Positions 52,870-58,917 of a stretch of DNA of 58,917 nt are shown piece after piece. Position 1 is the stretch's first letter; each line of letters starts with the position of its first letter. This DNA comes from Candidatus Binatia bacterium. Its GTDB lineage: Bacteria > Desulfobacterota > Binatia > Bin18. Location of the stretch: the NCBI GenBank assembly GCA_963666315.2, contig CAXXHG010000019.1:1-58917 (forward strand), written 5' to 3'. Position numbers and translations under genes: made by a program. The notes beneath the pieces are model-generated. The model had not been told where the DNA came from. It did no database searches and worked only from the letters and a program-made list of their open reading frames with translations.

Positions 52870-53904
52870 TCAGGAGTCGGCAAAGCGGGGCATGACCTCC
52901 TGTGCAAATAACCGCATGGACTGAAGGGCCTTATCATGGGCCAGGCCGGGAAACTGCATACGGACAATAAGGTAATTCATTCCCAATCTCTGCTGATACT
53001 GTGCGATTTCCCGGCTCACCGTGTCGGGGTCCCCAATGATAAAACGGCCCCGAATCTGATCAAACTGCACCTCAGCCTTGTCTTCTACCCGTTTGCCCTG
53101 ATCAGTGGTAAACGGCCGCCACTGCGACCAGGCGCCGTACCATTCCCGATGAATATAGACCACGTGCTCTCTGGCTTCCGCTTCCGCTTGTTCGGTTGTC
53201 GCGGCCACATATACATCGCGCATGACGGGCCTGAGTGGGCACTGTGTGCCTAATGAGTCACAAAAGTCCTGGTACATGTTGTAATGCTCTTCAAGCTCCT
53301 CGAGACGATGACGTGGCGAGGCCAAAAGCGGTACCCCATACCGGGCGGCGCGTCGAACGCCTTCTTTAATCGAGGCGCCGATCCAGATGGGTGGATGCGG
53401 TGTTTGGACTGGCTTTGGAGTCACACTCATGTCTGTGTATGAATAAAATTTGCCCTCAAACGAGAAGCGCTCGTTGGTCCAGGCCTGGATGAGGATGTTC
53501 ATGATTTCTTCCATGCGCGCGCCGCGTTTTTCTCGTGGAATACGAAATCCCGCGAATTCCTCGGGCCGATAGCCTGGAGCAATTCCAAAGATCAGTCGTC
53601 CTTCTGAGAGCAGATCAACAACTGCTGCTTCTTCAGCCAGATGAATCGGATCGTAGAGGGGCAAGAGGATTACTCCGAGCCCGATTTTGATACGGCTCGT
53701 TCGTGTTGCCATCCCAGCCGCACAGGTCAGGAGCGCTGGCAGATAACCGTCCGGCAGAAAATGATGCTCGGTGAGCCAGACCGAATCGTAGCCTAGCTCC
53801 TCGGCGACTTCGATCTGTTCCAGCATCTCGCGGTAGAGCTGGACGTGGCTAAAGCCACTCCCCGGGGGGGCCTGCATGCCGTACGGCCCAAGACCGATTT
53901 TCAT
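52870..53904 (-). CDS. LLM-class flavin-dependent oxidoreductase
   Basis: AEELGYDSVWLTEHHF, PIHLAEEAAVVDLLSEGRL, PKPVQTPHPPIW. Confidence 0.92.
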   Translation of the reverse strand: MKIGLGPYGMQAPPGSGFSHVQLYREMLEQIEVAEELGYDSVWLTEHHFLPDGYLPALLTCAAGMATRTSRIKIGLGVILLPLYDPIHLAEEAAVVDLLSEGRLIFGIAPGYRPEEFAGFRIPREKRGARMEEIMNILIQAWTNERFSFEGKFYSYTDMSVTPKPVQTPHPPIWIGASIKEGVRRAARYGVPLLASPRHRLEELEEHYNMYQDFCDSLGTQCPLRPVMRDVYVAATTEQAEAEAREHVVYIHREWYGAWSQWRPFTTDQGKRVEDKAEVQFDQIRGRFIIGDPDTVSREIAQYQQRLGMNYLIVRMQFPGLAHDKALQSMRLFAQEVMPRFADS

Positions 53905-54342
53905 TGGCTACTCCTCTCTCCCTATGCATCTGGTAGTCGACTCTGCAGGGTTTTTCAAGTTGTTGAAACAAGTCACATACGCCACGCAATTTTTTGCACT
54001 GATTCGATCTTCATCAGGTTAATCAGGACTAGTATGATGTTGCAATGTGGAGCATAGTTTCACGGCGATAGAGACGAGCTTTCCATGCCTCTCTGCCGCG
54101 CTGAGGTTGCTGAGCCGTTACCAAGTCCGGATGCTCATGAAAGACCCGGTATGCTTGAAAGACGACTGCAAGATGGCTAAGTGCCTAAGAACAGGGACGA
54201 CAGTAAGCGAAGAACGGCAACGGACGGTGTGCCGTGCAATACACTTCTCGTGGCCGAACGGGAGTCAAAGCCACATCGTAGCGAGGCACACGGTGTGTGG
54301 CGGATGAAGTTAGTGTCTCTATAACTTCTTTGGAGTGCACCT

Positions 54343-55644
54343 ATGGATATCGCAGCGTGGGAGAATCGAGACAAAAGCGTTTGGCTGGAAACAGCGATAT
54401 CCGCACCAGATATCCCGCAGCTTGATGGAGACGTCGATGTCGAGATCGCCGTTGTCGGGGCCGGATACACGGGTTGCTCTGCTGCCCTCCATCTGGCCGA
54501 GGCAGGGAAGAGTGTTGCGCTGTTGGATGCAGGTGAGCCAGGCTGGGGAGCATCAGGGCGTAGTGCCGGCTGGGTGTGTCCTAACTGGTGGTTTCATACA
54601 CCACCGTCACAAATCGTCAAATGGTTTGGTGAAGAGCGCGGGCAACGCCTCAATCGCCTGGCCCCGGAAGCATGTCGCTACATTTATGAACTGACGCAGC
54701 GGTATCAGATTGCGTGTGATTATCGAACAACGGGTCATGTCTACGCGTCCCTCACTGACCGCATGCGAGAGACGCTCGAAGCTGAGGCCGAAGAATGGGC
54801 GGCGTACGACCATCCGATTGAAATCCTCGACGCTGCGCAGCTGGCTGAAGTGATACCGACCGATCGCTATAAACACGGAATGCGCGTGGTGAATAGTGGC
54901 CTGATCAACCCGTTATCGTATGTGCGGGGAGTGGCCCGTGCTGCTCAGAGCTGTGGCGCTCAGGTCTATGGCCACAGTCCGGTGCAGTCGCTTCAGCAGC
55001 AGCAAGATCGTTGGCAGCTGCAAACCTCTAGGGGCGCAGTTGTCGCCAACCGGGTCTTCTTGGCGACGAATGCATATGAACAAGGTTTATGGCCGGGTTT
55101 GCAGAACAGCTTTATTCGCTGGACCTTGGCGTTTGTTGCGACTGATCCGCTGTCAGATAAAGGCGCCTCACTGCTGCCTAAGGATGGCGGTTTTATCGAC
55201 GTTGACTATTCCAACATTTTTAGCCTCCGCGTCGATGCAGATGGGCGGCTTGGAACCAGTACCGCCGCGCTTGCCTTTCCCTCTTTCGAGCCGGCAAAAG
55301 TGGCCGCGCAATTTTCCAACAAATTCAAGCGCATTTTTCCCAATGCAGAACTTCCAGCCTGGCGCTACGTCCATTTTGGCCAGATTGCGATGAATACCGA
55401 CATTCTCCCCCACCTCTACTCTCTTGCCCCTGGCCTGTATGCGGCGAATTCGTACTGCGGCAATGGCATTGTGTTAGGCACCCAGATGGGCCGCCAAGTC
55501 GCCAACATGTTTGTCGCAGACGATCCAGAAGAATGCGCCTTTCCCATGCGTGATCTCAAGCCAGTCCGAAGTAAGCGTGTCATGGAAGGCGCATCTCGAT
55601 TTGTCCTCCAACCGCTCGCTCGACTCCGGAGTCGGTTTTTCTAG
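54343..55644 (+). CDS. FAD-dependent oxidoreductase (DadA/PuuB-like)
   Basis: VVGAGYTGCSAALHL, GWGASGRSAG, LATNAY, YCGNGIVLGT. Confidence 0.88.
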   Translation: MDIAAWENRDKSVWLETAISAPDIPQLDGDVDVEIAVVGAGYTGCSAALHLAEAGKSVALLDAGEPGWGASGRSAGWVCPNWWFHTPPSQIVKWFGEERGQRLNRLAPEACRYIYELTQRYQIACDYRTTGHVYASLTDRMRETLEAEAEEWAAYDHPIEILDAAQLAEVIPTDRYKHGMRVVNSGLINPLSYVRGVARAAQSCGAQVYGHSPVQSLQQQQDRWQLQTSRGAVVANRVFLATNAYEQGLWPGLQNSFIRWTLAFVATDPLSDKGASLLPKDGGFIDVDYSNIFSLRVDADGRLGTSTAALAFPSFEPAKVAAQFSNKFKRIFPNAELPAWRYVHFGQIAMNTDILPHLYSLAPGLYAANSYCGNGIVLGTQMGRQVANMFVADDPEECAFPMRDLKPVRSKRVMEGASRFVLQPLARLRSRFF

Positions 55645-55948
55645 CATTGCGATCTGTTCCCAAATTCCATCAGCCGGTCGATTTCAATCAGGGGATGGCG
55701 GCCTCCTCAAGGAGGCTATCATATGAGCGTTGACATGACGGCCAAATCGAGATTCATAACTCCGAGGGCTATGATAACCGCTGGGATATCATCATATACT
55801 TATGAACATTGAGAAAGGAGCAGTATTATGTCTTTAGAACGTCCAGGCCTCAGTCTCACCGTGTGGATCCATGGCTGAGTTTCGTCATAATTTTGTGAGT
55901 GGTGACCTGAGTCGCGGCCGGCTTTCACACGCGGTGATCAATCACCGG

Positions 55949-57487
55949 CTAAATCGGTCCGCGCAACATCTCAAACGCATGCCCTGCTCGCAGTACAACA
56001 TCGTCTTCACCACAGCGGCCAGTGATCATCATCCCGACCGGGAGGCCGTCTGACAGACATACCGGTACGCTCATCGATGGATGGTTGGTGCCATCAAATG
56101 GCGCGGTGTTGCCAATCATGTCGAGCGTCATCCCCAGGATCTCTTCGCGTGATGCATCGGCTGATGGGATCGGGTGTGCTTTCATCACTGTCGTTGGCAT
56201 GATCAGCAGGTCGCAATTTTTCAGTGCCTCGTCGTAGGCTGCCCGTATCGGGCGCAGCAGATTCTGTGCCTTGGCCGAATAGTAGTTGCCATAGCGCGCG
56301 CGCATTACATGCGCGAACAACATCACGGTTTTGGCCATGTCCGGCAGGTCTGCGGCCCGCGATTTACGCGCCTCCTGAAAGAATCGAATCGCGCCGAGCG
56401 GGTGGTAGCCACCCGGGTTCGGGCCAGCCGGCCCCTGATCGCTCCAGGTAGACAAGGTGCCATCGACGGAACTCGCAAACATGACAGTCATGGCTTCGGC
56501 ATGTACGGGAATCGAAATATCTTCAACCACAGCCCCGGCTTTGACCAGGCTCCGGGCCGCCAAGGCGACGGCTTCATCGACGTCGGCTTCCGATCCCGGG
56601 GCACCGAATCCTTCGCCAACGATGCCAATGCGCAGCCCGTGGATACCCTCGGTCACGAGTTCGCTGTAAGGTTTACTCTGCAGGCTGGCCACCTGGCGCG
56701 GATCGCGGCTGTCATCGTAGCCCGCGATCACTTCGAGCAGCAGCGCGCAATCGAGGCTCGAAGCGGCCATCGGACCGAGGTGATCGATGCTCTGTTCGAT
56801 TGGTCCTGCACCGGTATACGGAACCAAGCCATGCGTCGGCTTGATTCCGACACAGCCCGACCACGAACTCGGAATCCGCACCGATCCGCCCTGGTCGCTG
56901 CCGACCGCCATGTCGCATTCGCCGGCGACGATTAAGGCCGCGCAGCCGCTCGACGATCCGCCGGTCATAAAATCGGGATTACGCGGATTGCGTACCGGGC
57001 CAGAGGCAGCAGTATGGCTGCCGCCGGAACAGCAGAAATTTTCGCACACTGCTTTCCCCAGCACCTCACCGCCGGCATCGAGTATGCGCGTGACAACCGT
57101 CGCGTCTTCGTCTGCGACATAGCCTTCGTAAAGCGCTGAACCATTCAACATTGGCATGCCTGCGACGCCGATATTGTCCTTGATCACAACGCGTTTACCG
57201 GCCAGCTTGCCGGTCGCCGCGCCCTTTACTTGACACTTCCATTGCCACGCACCGTAGCGGTTTTCATCCCTGCTCGGGCGATACCCTTGAGCGCGCGGAT
57301 ATCGAACCGGCAAGCGGGGCGAGTCCATCGCCTCCAGCGCATTAAATTCGTCGACTAGGCCTGCCATGGCAGCAGCATAGAATTCCAGATCAGCGCGGTC
57401 CGTTTCCAGAAATATCGCTTGCGCGGCCGTGCGCAATTCCTCTTCCGTTGGTAGGGCGATCGGGCGGGCAGTCTTATTGGAACTCAT
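55949..57487 (-). CDS. Amidase signature family enzyme
   Basis: IKDNI, GGSSSG, GSDQGGSVRIPSS; AGGAGG RBS before ATG 57487. Confidence 0.92.
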   Translation of the reverse strand: MSSNKTARPIALPTEEELRTAAQAIFLETDRADLEFYAAAMAGLVDEFNALEAMDSPRLPVRYPRAQGYRPSRDENRYGAWQWKCQVKGAATGKLAGKRVVIKDNIGVAGMPMLNGSALYEGYVADEDATVVTRILDAGGEVLGKAVCENFCCSGGSHTAASGPVRNPRNPDFMTGGSSSGCAALIVAGECDMAVGSDQGGSVRIPSSWSGCVGIKPTHGLVPYTGAGPIEQSIDHLGPMAASSLDCALLLEVIAGYDDSRDPRQVASLQSKPYSELVTEGIHGLRIGIVGEGFGAPGSEADVDEAVALAARSLVKAGAVVEDISIPVHAEAMTVMFASSVDGTLSTWSDQGPAGPNPGGYHPLGAIRFFQEARKSRAADLPDMAKTVMLFAHVMRARYGNYYSAKAQNLLRPIRAAYDEALKNCDLLIMPTTVMKAHPIPSADASREEILGMTLDMIGNTAPFDGTNHPSMSVPVCLSDGLPVGMMITGRCGEDDVVLRAGHAFEMLRGPI

Positions 57488-57526
57488 GGTGGCCCTCCTT
57501 TTGCCGGCATTCAAGCCACTGGCGAG

Positions 57527-57765
57527 GGCATTGTCAAGTTATTGAAACAACGCGCACACCTCACGCAAGGTGAAGCAGACCAGGGCTCTGTTTACGCAGC
57601 GATCGGCTCCGCTGTCACGCCTCGCCAGGTAGCAAACGCTTGCTCTCGAAACAACCGATACTGAACCGCCTGCATAAGGCGGCGTTCGATCCGAAAGAGA
57701 CCATTAATGGGACTATGGACGGAGAGAAAGCGCGGAGTGTTTCGGAGCGGTTTTGAGATGGCGCC
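57527..57765 (-). mobile_element. IS6-family right end: IR plus transposase C-terminal fragment
   Basis: GGCATTGTCAAGTT; RFLSVHSPINGLFRIERRLMQAVQYRLFREQAFATW; homologous to 47192-47440. Confidence 0.8.
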
Positions 57766-57784
57766 TGTAGAGGGCTGAGACGGT

Positions 57785-57889
57785 CATTGTCCGCCTTTTG
57801 TCCGTGTACTACAGCCTACGAAAACCAATCATAGCCAAACAAAAAATGAGTAAGGCCAGAAAATGACTGGGTATTGTAGGCTGGTGTAG
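57785..57889. repeat. att left arm, copy B (core missing)
   Basis: Aligns with 51675-51779, then is cut by the GST gene 3' end. Confidence 0.8.
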
Positions 57890-57890
57890 C

Positions 57891-58505
57891 CTACTTCCCA
57901 ACACGCTGTGCGCGTTTGAGCGACGGCCGGGCATAGCAGGCATCGAGCCAGAACTGGATGTTTGGGTAGTCCGCGTAATCGAACTTGACGATCCTGAGGA
58001 TCAGCATGACACCGGCCACATTGAGGTCGGCAATGCTGAAAGCATTCCCCACCAGCCACGGATTCTTGGCTAAGGCTGCATCCAACACCTTCAAAGGGCG
58101 GTCCAAGGTCTTCTCCGCGGCCTCGACGATACTCGGATCTCGTTTCTCCTCGGGCACAAAACGCTTCTGCGCCATGATGTCCATCTGTGCGGCTTCAATC
58201 TCGGTCATCACCCACACGCTCCACTGCCATGCCTGCGCTTCACCGGCCGGGTCGCGAGGATACAGATCCCCGCCATACGTCTTGGCCAGGTATAGATTGA
58301 TCGCCATAGATTCAAACAAGGTCACGGCGCCATCCTGCAGAGCAGGAATCCGGCCGTTGGGATTCACGGCTAAAAACTCGGCCCTTTGTGACTCGTCCAT
58401 CAAATTGACAGGCACGTGTTCGTACTCAATCCCAATGTCTCCAATTGCCCACAATGAGCGTATCGCCCGTGAACCAGGTACACCGTACAATTTTGGTTTT
58501 GCCAT
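57891..58505 (-). CDS. Glutathione S-transferase family protein
   Basis: SRAIRSLW, VNPNGRIPAL, LFESMAINLYLA, FSIADL. Confidence 0.92.
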   Translation of the reverse strand: MAKPKLYGVPGSRAIRSLWAIGDIGIEYEHVPVNLMDESQRAEFLAVNPNGRIPALQDGAVTLFESMAINLYLAKTYGGDLYPRDPAGEAQAWQWSVWVMTEIEAAQMDIMAQKRFVPEEKRDPSIVEAAEKTLDRPLKVLDAALAKNPWLVGNAFSIADLNVAGVMLILRIVKFDYADYPNIQFWLDACYARPSLKRAQRVGK

Positions 58506-58813
58506 CTATCTATTCCTTTCCGGTGGTCCTTTCAGCCTGCTTGCCTGATCGCTAGCAAATGCGGTTGTGACTGGGGGCGGCCAGATCTTGCCTGACTTGG
58601 CTGCGCCGTCTTGGTATTGTTGGGGATGAAGAAGCTACTATTACAGACTGGCAGGTAAAACGCGACGGGACTCGTCGTGGTATTTCGGTCTCGGGGTTTC
58701 TGACAGAGACAGATCGAATGAACCTTGAGGTCCGAGAGTATCTTTCTTGCCACCCGAGTGAAGTCCAATCCACCCAGGCAGAGAAGTACCCATAAAAGTT
58801 CTAGCCTAAATCA

Positions 58814-58905
58814 GGTTCTGTACAATCATCACTTCTTATGACACCTCGCTACAAGCGATGGTGAACCGCCTTCATGAAGTGGAGACCAACGCGATAAAGA
58901 TTCAA
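58814..58905 (-). mobile_element. Very degraded IS6 right-end remnant
   Basis: NLYRVGLHFMKAVHHRL similar to NLFRIGRHLMKAIHYRL; partial IR GGTTCTGT at 58814. Confidence 0.45.
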
Positions 58906-58917
58906 TCCGCGTCGAAA

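Noticed and set aside
53940-54340. Possible gene or ncRNA in long spacers (also 45090-45420, 47450-47840, 55645-55945)
   Set aside because: Only stray RBS-ATG scraps with early stops; nothing could be identified with support

Overview
Bacterial chromosome window of roughly 55-60% GC (judged by eye). The gene repertoire (amidohydrolases, LLM/F420 oxidoreductases, DUF1329, adenylate-cyclase/STAND-ATPase/TPR regulators) resembles Ca. Binatia or Tectomicrobia-like deltaproteobacteria; this is inference. 1-17 kb: catabolic enzymes, a vWA-ECF sigma-anti-sigma-like operon and decaying regulators. 17-37 kb: intact core genes (selB, lysS, lolC/E, lolD, bamA, skp, fabZ, lpxA, lpxI), broken gspC/gspD and a surface YVTN protein. 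37-59 kb: an accessory region anchored at tRNA-Ala(GGC) with no intact integrase or transposase. It carries a duplicated tRNA-Ala att plus arm, two nested attP-like tRNA-Thr(CGT) repeats with IHF and arm-type sites, a remnant tyrosine integrase and repeated IS6 ends bracketing intact cargo genes, i.e. a candidate att-site cassette array mobilised in trans. Also notable is a 972-codon regulator frame broken by five in-frame TAG/TAA stops, all at plausible Gln positions, with no frameshift. All calls were read by eye; no searches were run.
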